Shown: positions 1 through 13,561, counted from the first letter of the stretch. The stretch: DNA of 64,000 bases from Octopus vulgaris (GCA_951406725.2 OX597827.1:9734001-9798000); one strand, 5' to 3'. Notes: generated by a model not told the origin, from the sequence alone. Numbers and translations: made by a program.

Positions 1-362
1 TGGAAGTGAATATGTGTGTTGGGTCTTTTACATCTCTTGACACTTGTGTTTTGATTGTAAACATTGACATCATTCATACAGATGGTGTCATTTGTTTGCC
101 ATTTTTCAGGAAAACATATCCAGCCTTTGATCTCTTCATTGTTTGAAGTTCTAGGGGATATGTTACTTTGTTTGGAATCAGATGCAGGTTTGTTCAACAG
201 GGAGAGCTTCTAACCTTAGAGAACTTTTTGCAACAAGGTTACACCTGACCCTTGGAAGCATGAAAAAGTGGACATCAAAGACATGATGATGATGATGAGG
301 ATATCTATTATGATGATGATGGCGATGATGATGATGATGATGGAGATGACAATGACAATGAT

Positions 363-393
<31 letters not shown>

Positions 394-1674
394 ACATAAA
401 TGATGATAACAACTAAGATGATGATAACAATGACAATGATGAAGATGATGGCAATGATGATAGCAAAATTAAAATTTTGATGATGATGACAATGATGAGA
501 ATGATGATGATGATGATGATGAGAAGGATGTTGCTGTTTCTGCTGTGTCCATTTATATACTGTAAATGGTTCAATGAAATAAGAACAAGACTGCAAAAGG
601 CTTTGTGGCGAATGCAGTCAGCTAAAATCCTGAAAGCCGGTGCCCAGGCATGGCCAGAGTCAAATGACTGTCACCAGTAAAGCAATAAAAGAAAAAAAAC
701 AAAACTACTCATGATATTTCTCGAAGTATTAACTTGGAAATATCATGAGTAGCTTTTTTTTTAATTTTTTTATTTATTTATTTATTCAGCAAAAAACGAA
801 ACAAACTAAAGAAAGAATAATCAAAACGATATGAAAATCCAATAAATAAGTAAATATATATAATGTGATTTTCTGTCTGCTGATATCAATAGAAAGTTTG
901 ATAAATGTAGCTGAACTATACAGAATGAAGTATGAGCTTTCATATCAAACATTCTGGTTGGAATAATGAATATATTGTAAGTAATTATCTTTAGCAAAAG
1001 AATTTCTCTGTTTGCAAATCACTTATATATATATTTCAATGTAGCATTTAGCTCTAGTGAAAAGCTCAGTGAGTATTTCTAAGCTTATCCATTATTTCCT
1101 TCTCCTTAAGCAAATAAGTCATTAGGGGAATGAATTCTATTTGTTATTTTCTCTTCATTTTATTTCTATTTTAATCCATCTATAACAAGAAACAAAATTT
1201 TGTTTTATCGGATTATTTAAATAATCGTAGTTATATTACATTAGCCTTTAAAAGGCTTTGTCGTAATCTTTAATCACTGCATGTAATCTAGTTTTAGATC
1301 TTGCGAGTTTAGTTATCTAACGACTAAACAAAGGTAGATAGAGTAAAAGAAATTCTCTGTATTCTAAAATAGAGATTGTCTTTGAATAGAGAAGACATAG
1401 AAAGTTGAATTCTAGGTAGGTAATTTTGACAAAAAGTAATTTATATCTTTTATTTAAAAATAATACACACTGCAATACCTATTTAGAACTAAAAGAATAA
1501 ATTAATATTTAAAATAAAATAATAAGGATGAAAATAACTTGTAGTTTGCTTTTAATCATCATCATCATCATCATCATTGTTGTTGTTGTTGTTGTTGACA
1601 TCATCATTGTCATCATCATCATTGTCGTCATCATCATCAACATCATCACTATCAATATCATCATTGCCATTGTC

Positions 1675-1860
1675 ATCATTGTCATTTAATGTCTATTCCC
1701 CATGCTGGCATAGATTGGTTTGTCAGGGTCTGATGAGCCCTAGGGCAATGTCAAGCTCCAATGTTTGCTTTGGCATGGTCTCTATGGTTGGATACCTTTC
1801 TTGATGCCAACCACTTAACTGGGGACATGGGGTGCTTTTTATATGCCACTAGCACTAGTA
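1675..1860 (-). mobile_element. Degenerate fragment of family D retroelement (GAT-tailed)
   Basis: Decayed match to the family D core (ccatgctggcat...tttggcatggt..ctatggttggat.cctt..ttgatgccaaccact), preceded by (cat)n. Confidence 0.55.
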
Positions 1861-2176
1861 AGTTGCAAGACAGAAAAAAACCCCTCAAAACAGGAAAAAG
1901 ATTAAAAGCTCCTAAGTTTGTGTTTGAGGAATATTTGAAAGGTGGAGGTGCCCTTAATCCAAGTGACAGGAGGCTAAAGTGTGACAGAGGAACATGTACA
2001 TGGGGTTTTCTGTAGGGGAGATAGATGGTTACCTTACCTTATATAAGGGTGAGAAGTAGTAAGTGAAAAAGAGGAAAAGATGGTAGAAGAAAGTAAAATA
2101 CAGGAGAAAATCTATCAAAGCTGATGTATAAAAAAGAACAATTAAAAAATGTTAAATATAAAAATGTAATTCTTAC

Positions 2177-2216
2177 CACAGGAAACTGAATCCAGTTCTT
2201 CAGAAAAATGATGCAT
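2177..2216 (-). CDS. Candidate first coding exon (MHHFSEELDSVSC-) of a gene continuing left of the window
   Basis: Minus strand reads GCCACCATG (Kozak consensus, ATG at 2216-2214), 13 open codons plus 1 nt, then G|GTAAGA donor at 2176; possible acceptors at 2270-2271 (ttctttcacag) or 2289-2293. Confidence 0.4.
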
Positions 2217-2436
2217 GGTGGCTTGTTTGAATTTCACTGTGTTCAAAAATTTCTGGAAGTTTGGTCTTGCTGTGAAAGAATTTCTGAGCTACTAGCCCAA
2301 GATATATAAAAAAATAAATATGATTCATATATATCAAATTCACATTTATCACTTATTATTATTATTATTGTTATAATTATGATGATAATGATGATGATGA
2401 TTATTGTTATTGTTATTGTTATTGTTGTTATTATAA

Positions 2437-2687
2437 TCATTCGCCTGGCCCCCGTGCAGGTAGCACATGAAAAGCACCATCCGACCGTGGCCGTTTGCCA
2501 GACTCGTCTGGCACGTAAAAAGCACCCACTACACTCATGGAGTGGTTGGCGTTAGGAAGGGCATCCAGCCATAAAAACATTGCCAGATCAGACTGGGCTT
2601 TGTGCAGCCTTCTGGCTTCCCAGACCCCAGTTGAACCGTCCAACCCATGCTAGCATGGAAAGCGGATGCTAAACGATGATGATGATG

Positions 2688-2688
<1 letters not shown>
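2437..2688 (+). mobile_element. Family D non-autonomous retroelement/SINE ending in (GAT)n
   Basis: Core ggttggcgttaggaagggcatccagc...ccaacccatgctagcatggaaagcggatgctaaacgatgatgatg; near-identical copies at 32955 and 52623 on the other strand. Confidence 0.8.
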
Positions 2689-2749
<61 letters not shown>

Positions 2750-2752
<3 letters not shown>

Positions 2753-3525
2753 ATGAGAGAGCATTGCATGCCATCAAAATGACACTGGAGGTAAAATATA
2801 TGAAGCCCAGTATACCCATCATGATTATCCCTCAGATAAGGGTACACCTAGTACATGCATCATAACCGTATGTGTACGACATGGTGATCTCATATGACCT
2901 TGCAGGTGTGGCTCAGTTAGAATTTTCTTCCATTTGAATAGCCCATCCAGCTCAAAAGATCCTTGAATAAGGGTTGTTTAAGGATGTTGAAGGAAATACC
3001 CGTGTTTCCAGAGGTGAATTATTCAAACCCCAAAGAATTCCTCTCAACACATGCCTATGAGGCTACACCCCACAACCTCTGCCCTCATGAACAGAGATGC
3101 ACATATCATCAGCCACCAAGGAACATGCTCAACGAGTTAAGAACAAACAACTGACTAGCAAATCTATGGCAGCGAGCTGGCAGAAACGTTAGCACGCTGG
3201 GCGAAATGCGTAGCCGTATTTCGTCTGTCGTTACGTTGTGAGTTCAAATTCCACCGAGGTCGACTTTGCCTTTCATCCCTTCGGGGTCGATAAATTAAGT
3301 ACCAGTTATGCACTGGGTTGATGTAATCGACTTAATACTTATGTCTGTGCTTGTTTGTCCCCTCTGTGTTTAGCCCCTTGTGGGTAGTAAAGAAATAGGT
3401 ATTGAGCAGAATATTTGCTGTAGCCCATCTATTATACCAAGACAAAACACGTACATGCTAAGACTTCCAATCAGTTAAGATCAGAAGCTATGAGAGCCAC
3501 TGTCTGGTACTGAATCAGGGCAATT
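2750..3525. mobile_element. Interspersed repeat family C (unclassified), interrupted by a SINE B insertion
   Basis: Reverse-complement match to 34297-34737; that copy reads aaatctgtggtattgagcag continuously where this one is split by the SINE at 3168-3399; both copies are flanked by (ATT)n. Confidence 0.75.
3168..3399 (+). mobile_element. SINE family B (tRNA-like head plus Meta-like domain)
   Basis: A-box-like tggcagaaacgttag, B-box gagttcaaattcc, central gactttgcctttcatcc.ttcggggtcgataaattaagtaccag resembling the MetaSINE domain; further copies at 4331, 10408 and 40878. Confidence 0.85.
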
Positions 3526-4330
3526 GTTATCATCATCATCATCATCACCACCATTACTATTATCATTATCATTATCATTATTATTTTCATTTTCATCATC
3601 ATCATCGTCAACATCAACATCATTTTATTTTGCAGCCTCCATTTAGATGCTAAACAAGTTTTTTTTTTTCACATCTGTCTAATCTTATTAAGTGTGGCTA
3701 ACATCACTTTATTAATGCCCAATTTTAGTACATGAAATGTGATTATTATTATTTATAAGGCTTTTGGTTGTGTTCTGTTCTTCTTCTTTTTTTCATTTTA
3801 TATTGCATTAGTTAAGAAAGTTGGTATTGCTTTGCAAATTCTTGTTAACTCTTCTGCTTGTCAATGAAATATTGTGGAATAATCGAATTTATACAAAAAC
3901 ACTGAAATATCATCAATATTGTTTAAGAAATTCTGTAGCTACAATAATTGATCAAAAAATCTGCCAATATCATTAATATCTAGAGATGCCACACCAATAT
4001 TTCTTTCTTTAATTCTTTTAAAATTTTTGGTTATCTATTTTTATTCAAGCCCTGAATATTTTCATTATTTCATAACTTGTAAAGAAAAGAAAAGAAAAGA
4101 AAAGAAAGAGAAACAAAAATAAGCAAAGAGGTCTAACAAAAAATAGTTTATGTCACAATTTCACTACTTTAAAAAACATTGCAACTAGAAGTAAATTTCA
4201 TAATTTTGACTCACTACTTTAAAAACATTGAGACTATACCCAATTTTCATAATTTTGACTATGTTAAACTTTAAAAAAAACTCATTGGTTTCAAGTTTTA
4301 AAATGTTCCAAATCATTATCTCCTAGAATC

Positions 4331-4518
4331 CTGTCGTTACGTTGTGAGTTCAAATTCCGCCGAGGTCGACTTTGCCTTTCATCCTTTCGGGGTCGATAAA
4401 TCAAGTACCAGTTATGCACTGGTTGATGTAATCGACTTAATACCTATGTCTGTGCTTGTTTATCCCCTCTGTGTTTAGCCCCTTGTGGGTAATAAAGAAA
4501 TAGGTATTGAGCAGAATA
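4331..4518 (+). mobile_element. 5'-truncated SINE B copy duplicating 3225-3413 including its flank
   Basis: Shares diagnostic variants and the 3' flank ggtattgagcagaata with the 3168 copy. Confidence 0.85.
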
Positions 4519-4797
4519 CCTATTGAGGTATTTAAAACTTTTAGAATCGTATACACCTGTGTTAATGTATGCATGTATGTATGTATGTATGAAATGTATA
4601 TAAGTATGTATGTATGTATGTATGTATGTATGTATTTATCTATCTATCTATATCATCATCGTTATTTAACATCTATTTTCCATGCTATGGATTGAATGAT
4701 TTGACAGGAGCTGACCAGCTGAAGGGCTATTCAGGCTCCCTGTCAATTTTGGCATGGTTTCTATGACTGGATGCCTTTTTTAATGCCATGTGGCATA

Positions 4798-4871
<74 letters not shown>

Positions 4872-4974
4872 GAAATATGTTACGAAAAGAAAATATAAAA
4901 TACATGTGTAAATGTAAGGGTAAAATATAAAAAATCAACGAAAGCATTTCGCTGATTTTTCATATTTTACCCCA

Positions 4975-5010
<36 letters not shown>

Positions 5011-5028
5011 TCACTCAGATATATGTGT

Positions 5029-5250
5029 ATATAAAGTTAATCCAAACAAGAAAACACAAAAAAAAAACACAACAACGCGAGGACGTGGAACAAATATAGT
5101 ATTATTGGACGCTCAGGAAAGAAGGAAAGAAGGAGGGTTTAACGTTTTGGGCGGAGCCCTTCATTGGGAACATAGGAGAAGGAAAGATCCAGAGAAGGGA
5201 AGACAGAGGAAAAAAAAATCGACGACGGTACACACGAGGTCACATTTTAT
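5029..5250 (-). mobile_element. Penelope-like repeat with decayed hammerhead motif
   Basis: Reverse complement of 12124-12335; sits within (TA)n. Confidence 0.65.
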
Positions 5251-5824
5251 ATGTGCATATGTCTATGCATCTCTTTGTATTTGTATTTGGCACATACCTA
5301 CACGCCACTTAAAAACTGGTGTTAGTTTGTTCACATGCTTGTAGCTTACGAGTTCAGTAAGAGCGACCACTAGAATATGCACCAGACTTAAAAACGTTAA
5401 AAAAAAACATGAGTATTGGGTTCAATTTGTCCATTAAAAACCCTTTAAGGCAGTGCCCCAGCATGGCTGCAGTCCAATGACCGGACCAAGTGAAAAATAA
5501 AAGATAACATGAACTTATTTTGTCCGAAACTCTCTTAATCCTACCATCCACCAGTCACCAGAATTCATTCTAGAAACCCTTCCATATGTTAGAATTTCCT
5601 GTATGATATTTTACATTAATTTCTTCCATGCTAGCGGGAATGAAGCTGGATTTACAAATTTGTATATTTGCATATGAATTTTTTTTAGCACATATGATCT
5701 TGTAGCTTGATATCAAACCTAAGACTAATCACTAAATTATGAAGTGGAAACTGTTTTTTTTGCTAGTCAGACTTCAGCGTGCAGATAAATAACCTTTGGT
5801 TCGGTGCATAAATTCATGATCTCT

Positions 5825-5826
<2 letters not shown>

Positions 5827-5905
<79 letters not shown>

Positions 5906-5916
5906 AATATATATAC

Positions 5917-5989
<73 letters not shown>

Positions 5990-6419
5990 CATGATATATA
6001 TATATATGACATAATATAATATATATATATATAATGTGTATGCGTGTAAGTACATGTGTATTCATGTATATGTATATGCATATATATACATGTATTTATA
6101 TATATATATGTGTATGTGTGTGTGTATGTTTATGTATACATACATTTATATACATATACATACAGACTCACTCACATACAAACACACACACACACACATA
6201 TATATAAAGTATACATATATATATAAATACCTATAAATGTATATTTAGCTATGTATTTATATTTGTGTATAGATATATATGTGTGTGATTGTGTGTATAT
6301 ATATATGTGTGTGTATATACATGTATATGTATATCAATTATATATATATATATATGTATATATATGTATATATATATATCTATATATATATATGTATCTC
6401 TCTCTTTCTCTCTCTCTCT

Positions 6420-6459
<40 letters not shown>

Positions 6460-6492
6460 GTATGTATATCATTTGTATATATATATATATAT
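5827..6492. repeat. (TA)n/(TG)n compound microsatellite
   Basis: Directly visible; source of the YIYI ORFs. Confidence 0.95.
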
Positions 6493-7550
6493 GATAAAAG
6501 TTTACCTTTTATACTGTTGCAAATACATAACATTTTTCATTTAAAAAGAAAACATTTAGATAGAGGAAGTAAGACTTGAGTAAAAATTTGTCAAAGTTAT
6601 TCAAATGAAGATAGTGTGTGTGCAAATGCGAATATCTGTGTATGTGTGTTTGTGTGTGCATGTGGTCTGTGTGTCTGTACATGTGTTTGTGTGTGTGTGT
6701 GTGTGTATGTGTGTGTGTAATTATACATATGGGTGAGTGAACAGGTATTTTGGCTCCAGGGTCTAAAAGTGTTTATCGGTATACGCATGAAAGTTTTATA
6801 TGCATGTGCTTGGTGGTCTTTATCTGCAATTGAATTCACACGAAAAATATATGTTAGTGTATGTGTGTGTGAGTGTGTAGATGCATATGTGTGTGTGGGT
6901 ATGAGTGTGTTTGTACATACTCATGCTAATCACTAATGAAATATTTACAATATTCCATAATTAATAACATTTCATTATCTATTCCAAGTTACCAAATGAT
7001 AATAAAGAATAAATAAAAGAAATTGAATTTTTGCATATATTTTTGTATTGCTTTTTATAAATTTTCCATTTTTATAAAAAAATATTCTTTGGGTATTCTT
7101 TGAAGTTTTGTTGTCTCTATAGATTTGCTTTAAAAAAATGCTGATATTCATTATTTTTGTAAATCTTTATACGCATTCGTTGACACAAAAATAGTTGTAT
7201 GGTTTAGAGGTTTGCTTCACAACTATGTGGTGTATGGGTTTGAACATACTGCAAGGCACTTTGGGAAAATATTTTCTACCATACCTTAAATTTGAATTCT
7301 TGGACAATATTTTGTAAGTAGAATTTCATGTAAGAAAACTGAGGATGATGTGCTGAGTTTGATGAGATTGAACTTAAAATAAATTTTAATATGCACACAC
7401 ACACACATACATATGTGCTTGTGTGTACTGTGTGTGCATATATTTGCACGCATGTGTGTGTATTTCTGGGTGAGTGTGCGTGTAAATGGGCATTTAACTT
7501 TCATTCATGTACAGAGATGAAGGGTATAAACATTGGTGAGTAACGATAAA

Positions 7551-7861
7551 AAATGTCTCCCTTTTCAAGCCTAGCCTGGCTCATGGGCCCAGTTTCCCGG
7601 TTTCTGTGGCATATGTGTTCCCCCTCCAGCTGGACGGGATGCCAGTCCATCTCAGCATTACTCAAGAAACAGGAAGAGAGAGTGAGAGAAAGTAGTGGCG
7701 AAAGACTACAACAACTGTCGCCACCACCCCCTGCCGGAGCCTCGTGGAGCTTTTAGGTGTTTTTGATCAATAAACACACACAACACCTGGCCTGGGAATC
7801 GAAACCACGATCCTCTGACCGCGAGTCCGCTTCCCTAACCACTGGGCCATTGTGCCTCCAC
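7551..7861 (-). mobile_element. SINE family E head with tail type 1 (V-domain-like)
   Basis: Minus-strand head gtggaggcacaatggcccagtggttaggg...tttcgattccc (A and B boxes); tail contains gatggactggcatcccgtccag, resembling the V-SINE domain. Confidence 0.8.
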
Positions 7862-10407
7862 ATTGGTGAGTATAGCAGATAACAATTGCTATATGAATAA
7901 AGTGAATTAAGATATTTGTTCCACATTGAGGTACAGCCACTTCCTTGTTATTCCCACATTCAGAAATACACTAAACCAACGTCTGCCATGTTGTTGACTT
8001 GTAACTTACATTGCTGTTGTTTGTAAGTCACTAAGATATCTTTTTAACAAGCTCACAGGCTAATAGCAACATCAGCACCTGTTCTGGCTCTGTTCTTCTA
8101 TATGTTACTAGCAGGGAGATGAAGTGCTGCTATCTCTAGCAGTTGAGCATCTATCATTGACAAGACCAAGAAAGGTCAGAATCACATGATCTGGTAGTCT
8201 TGGTGCTGGAGGTGGTAGGAATTTATGTTCTCTCAAGCGATATAAACAAGAGTGCATTTCGCAGTATAAGCCTATATGAAAGTTTCTCTCACAGTAACTA
8301 CCGCAGTATAGATTGTTCTAACAGAACATCCACTTTTGAGTGGGGATAAATATTATCTTTCAGTATTAATACTGCCTCTGTCACTACTATATATTTTTTT
8401 AGTAAGTTGTAGGTGCCCCAGCATGGCCACAGCTTGTGAGCTGAAACTAAATAAAAAAAAAAAACACCGAAAAGAGATTTGGTTAAGTATAATGGTGTAT
8501 TTGGAGTGTATGTCAATTTCTAAATTATTTTAACTTGGGTGCCAATATTTTCTCCTCTCCATTCCAATAAACCATAGTTGATTTACTATCTGTGGAAGCC
8601 TCAGCATGCTGTTACTAACTTGGCTATCACTGACTATAGGTAAGGCTATGAGTATCATATAACAGTATTATAGGCCTAAAAGCAAAGCACTGCACTAGGG
8701 CCTATAGTATTTAGTTATTGAAAACAAGACATAGCATATATAGATTAACATTGGACCCCTTAAACATATGAGGTCCCCTACGCCTATAAGGTCTGTGAGC
8801 CATGGACTAGTGTGCTTATACCTTAAAACAGCATAGGTCGTAGTTACCCATAAAGATCAACTGTGAGTTGGATAGGTTGCTCTAGTGTTTGTGAGGTTAG
8901 CCCTGATTATTGACACCTAGGTTGAATTTAAACTCTGAATGCCAGAAGAGATAATTATATGTACTATGAAGCATCTCATACTATTTTTATAACAATTCTG
9001 CCGATCAACATCCACTGCCCTAGAACTGGTGTTTTATCGATATAAAATTGTTGAATGGTAAAGCTGACCTTGAGGAAATTTTGAGTGTAGAGAGCTGGAA
9101 GAATATCACAAAATATTATGTCCAACACTCTTATGATTCTACCAATTTTTGGTTTTTACATTCATAGCTAGGCAAAAAGGAAAAAAAATGGGGTTTTTTG
9201 CATAACTGGAACTCAAGGATTGCTGCAGAATGCCAAACATGAAGGGAAAAAAATCAACAGAAAAGGACAAAAAGTAAAAAAACAAAAATAAAACATGAAC
9301 AATTTTGAGATTGAATAGAAATGATTTTATTTTCATATATTAATATAAATTTGTTGTGAGCTGTATACATATCTTAAAATACACACATATACACAAACAC
9401 ACACACACATACACATACATACACTCCATGCACACACATACACACCATGTACATGCACATGTGCACAAGCATGTGCGCATGCACACACACACACACACAC
9501 ACTACATCTATACACATACACATATATAATTCAGTGTTTCATGTTCAGTGCAAATTTATTGGCTGTAATAGGCATGAATGTGTGTGCATATATATATATA
9601 TGTATATACTTGAGTGCATGCATATATATGCGAGTGTGTATATAAGTCTCTATGACTATATATCTATATTCAAATATATACATATATCTATATATCTGTA
9701 TCTTTATATACATTATGTACAGAAACACATACAATCATACTTATATGTATACAAACTTACAGGTGTGTGTGTGTGTGTGTGTGTGTGAATATATTTATAT
9801 TCTACCTGTACTATCACATATTCCAGAGGTATGAAATTATACCTCTAGGTGTACAAAGGCGTACAATAATTATTTATATTTACAGATATGCACACATACA
9901 CATGCATATACACATGCATGTGCATGCACACAGAACATGTGAATGTATATACATATATGTGTATGTGTGTATGTGTCAACATGAAACTCAGAGTAGTGAT
10001 GGAGGGAATAGCCAGACCCTTACACATAAGTACTTACAAGACACCCTGAGTACATTTTCACTAACTTGTGTAATAAAAGAAAAAATTACATCCTAATACC
10101 ATTATATATATATATATATATATATACATATACACACATACATACATACATACATACATAAACGAATTTATATATGATGATGATGATGATATATAGTTTT
10201 AAATCTCTGTGCAAGATACACACGCACGCACACGCACACACACACATACATATATATATATATGCATGCATATATATTTATATACACATATATATACATT
10301 ATATATATATATATATATTGGTTGTGCCCCAGAGTGGGCACAGTCTAATGACTAAAACAAGTGAAAGATAAAAGATAAAAGATATATATATATACATATA
10401 TATATAT

Positions 10408-10638
10408 ATTTCTTTACTACCCACAAGGGGCTAAACACAGAGGGTACAAACAAGGACAGACAAACGGATTAAGTCGATTAGATCGACCCCAGTATGTAAC
10501 TAGTACTTAATTTATCGACCCCCGAAAGGATGAAAGGCTAAGTCGACCTCGGCGGAATTTGAACCCAGAACGTAACTGCAGACGAAATACGGCTACGCAT
10601 TTTGCCCGGCGTGCTATCGTTTCTGCCAGCTCGCCGCC
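10408..10638 (-). mobile_element. SINE family B, full length
   Basis: Reverse complement of 3168-3399; abuts the left end of the Tc1-like element. Confidence 0.85.
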
Positions 10639-10640
10639 GT

Positions 10641-11930
10641 GGAAAGTAATTAGGCATTAGAAATTGGTTATAGAATTTTTAGTATCACTACAGTCATGAC
10701 AAAAACATTTTTTTAAGCAGACAAAACTAATGGGAACTTCTTATTTTCTTATTGTCTTATTTCTTATTTTCCAGATGGTCAGTTGCTTGACTGTTCAGGA
10801 GTGAGCTAAGATAGCATCACACTATGAATTGTGGGATTCCATTGTTTTGGTTCAGAGATGGTGGCATGCATGGAAAGGTAAGCATGCAACACTATGCCTA
10901 GAGACAATAAGAAATTGTCATGCAAAGCTGACGACCACAGACTCGGTAAGCGACGCAAGAAGAAGTGGCCATCCAACCACATCCCGCTCAGTGGAGAATG
11001 TGGCAACAGTGCAGGAAATATTTAATCACAGCTCACAAAAATCAGCAAGTCAAGCATCTTGTGAAAGTGGACTAACAAGACACACAATAAGTATAGTGTT
11101 GCATAAAAGGATTGAGTTTTTGTCCGTGGAAATGCCATTACATGCAGGAGCTAAAACTTGAAGTCTGTGACCGAAAAATGGAATATGGAAAGCTAATGCT
11201 AGGTTGGCATGAAGATTAGCCTGAATTATTTTAAAAGATCCTCTGGAGTGGCAAGGCTGTATTCCATGCTGCTGGTTTCATCTGCTGTTATTGAGCATTG
11301 TGTGATAAGGATCCAAAGATGACGGTTGAGAGGATGCAATCTCAACCAAAAGTGACCGTGTGGAGCAGAATGACGGCAACAAGAATTATCAGCCAATATC
11401 TTCTGTGTGACACCATAAATACACACTGCTATCTTCAGATGCTCGAAAAATTACTTGTGACCCACAGTGTCTGGCTGGGATATCATTGGTGACTTGAATT
11501 TCATGCATCATGGTGCACCACCCCATTTAGCTCTTACTGTGCAGGTGCAGTTAGACCAAACTTTCCCAGGATAATGCAGATCTCATGAATGGCCTCCAAG
11601 AAGTCCAGATATCAGTCCATGTGATATTTACCTGTGGGGTTACACAAAACAGGTGTAGAAGACAAAACCTTGCACACTGGAGGACTTGGAGACACAGATT
11701 CAGGAGGTTCTCAATGATATCCCAGACGACATCCTTCAGAAGGCTGTTCATTCCATCCTTGGTCATTTGAGGAAACTGGTTGACACCACTGGTACGTACA
11801 TTGAAATATGAAGATTTACTTTCATTTCTCATGTAATAAAGAACATGGATCATCTGTTTCAATAAATTTGTAAAAGGAATATGGATTTTATTGTCGATTT
11901 TTAATGCCCTTTTACTTTTCACCCATCCTG
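10641..11930 (+). mobile_element. Decayed Tc1/mariner-superfamily DNA transposon (transposase pseudogene)
   Basis: Broken ORF fragments: VQRWW...DARRSGHPTTSRSVENVATV (HTH region), QPKVTVW, HHGAPPH, EWPPRSPDISPCD (WPxxSPDLxPxD motif); right TIR ends ...acccatcctg|TA at 11930 and matches ggaaagtaattaggcattag at 10641; many stops and frameshifts. Confidence 0.9.
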
Positions 11931-11935
11931 TATAA

Positions 11936-11991
<56 letters not shown>

Positions 11992-12050
11992 AAAAAACCA
12001 CATATATATAAATGTACATATACAATACATATATCTATCTATCTATTTCT

Positions 12051-12123
<73 letters not shown>

Positions 12124-12131
<8 letters not shown>

Positions 12132-12335
12132 ACCGCGTGTGTACCGTTGGCGATTTTTTTTCTTCTGTCTTCCCTTCTCTGGATCTTTCCTTCTCCTATG
12201 TTTCTGACGAAGAGCTCCACTCGAAATGTTAAACCCTCCTTCTTTCCTTCTTTCCTGAGCGTTCACTAATACTATATTTGTTCCACGTCCTCGTGTTGTG
12301 TTTTTTTGTGCTTTCTTGTTTGGATTAACTTTATA
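12124..12335 (+). mobile_element. Penelope-like repeat containing a minimal type I hammerhead motif (12200-12234)
   Basis: gttt-CTGACGA-agag ctcca ctc-GAAA-tgtta-aac; second copy at 5029-5250. Confidence 0.7.
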
Positions 12336-12786
12336 TATATATACATATACACACACATATGTATTCATGTACACATATCTATATGCATGTATTTATGTAT
12401 GTATGTGTGTATATATGTACATATGTCACATATACCTCAGGGATAGAGGGAGAGAATGAAAGACAAAGAGATGTGCATATCATGGGATAGATGATGTGTT
12501 GAATTCTCTAATGTTTATATATATATGAAGAAATATTAAACATTATACTAATGTAAGTAGGATGGAAAAGACCAAAACTAATTATCAAGTATTTTCTGAA
12601 TGACCAGCACTTTAACTGAAATTTTAAAGTCCATAAGGACCTGGTCCATTTGACACACAGTTAAATCAACTTCTTAATGGCTAACGGTATGGAAAATTAT
12701 TTCACTTTGACTCAATGATTTCAACATGAATTATTTCAATGAATATAAACATAAATTAGCAGAAAAAAAAAAATTTTAAATATAAA

Positions 12787-13183
12787 GGCGCAGGAGTGGC
12801 TGTGTGGTAAGTAGCTTGCTAACCAGCCACATGGTTCCAGGTTCAGTCCCACTGCGTGGCATCTTGGGCAAGTGTCTTATGCTATAGCCTCGGGCCGACC
12901 AATGCCTTGTGAGTGGATTTGGTAGACAGAAACTGAAAGAAGCCTGTCGTATATATATATGTATATATATTTGTGTGTCTGTGTTTGTCCCCCCAACATT
13001 GCTTGACAACCGATGTTGGTGTGTTTGTGTGTCTGTAACTTAGCGGTTCGGCAAAAGAGACCGATATAATAAGTACTGGGCTTACAAAGAATAAGTCCCA
13101 GAGTCGATTTGCTCGACTAAAGGCGGCGCTCCAGCATGGCCACAGTCAAATGACTGAAACAAGTAAAAGAGTAAAGAGTAAAG
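12787..13183 (+). mobile_element. SINE family A (tRNA head, CORE-like domain, internal microsatellite, (gtaaaaga)n tail)
   Basis: ggcgcaggagtggctgtgtggtaag...ggttcagtcccac (A and B boxes), cttgggcaagtgtctt CORE-like motif; about 10 near-complete copies in the window; may correspond to the published octopus OR SINEs (unverified). Confidence 0.9.
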
Positions 13184-13458
13184 TGTATAAATGTTTGATG
13201 GTTATTCTAATATGAGGTTGAAAGATGTGCAGAGTTTTAAAAGTTTGGTAAAATAGTATAGAAAGTGAATTTTAGGAAGAACAGGAGGTAGAGTCAGAGT
13301 AATAAAAATTGTACTGCAGTCACCAAGCCAGGATATTTATGTACTCTGAGTTCTGTCAGTGAGTTGGTGAAATAGCTTTAACTCAATTTACAAATTAGTT
13401 GACTATAATGTCTTAGGTAATATAGTCTTTTTACATTTCTTAGAAATCAAGACCATAT

Positions 13459-13508
13459 ATATATATATATATAAATAAAGTGTTACGTTACACATACACA
13501 TCTATCCA

Positions 13509-13561
<53 letters not shown>

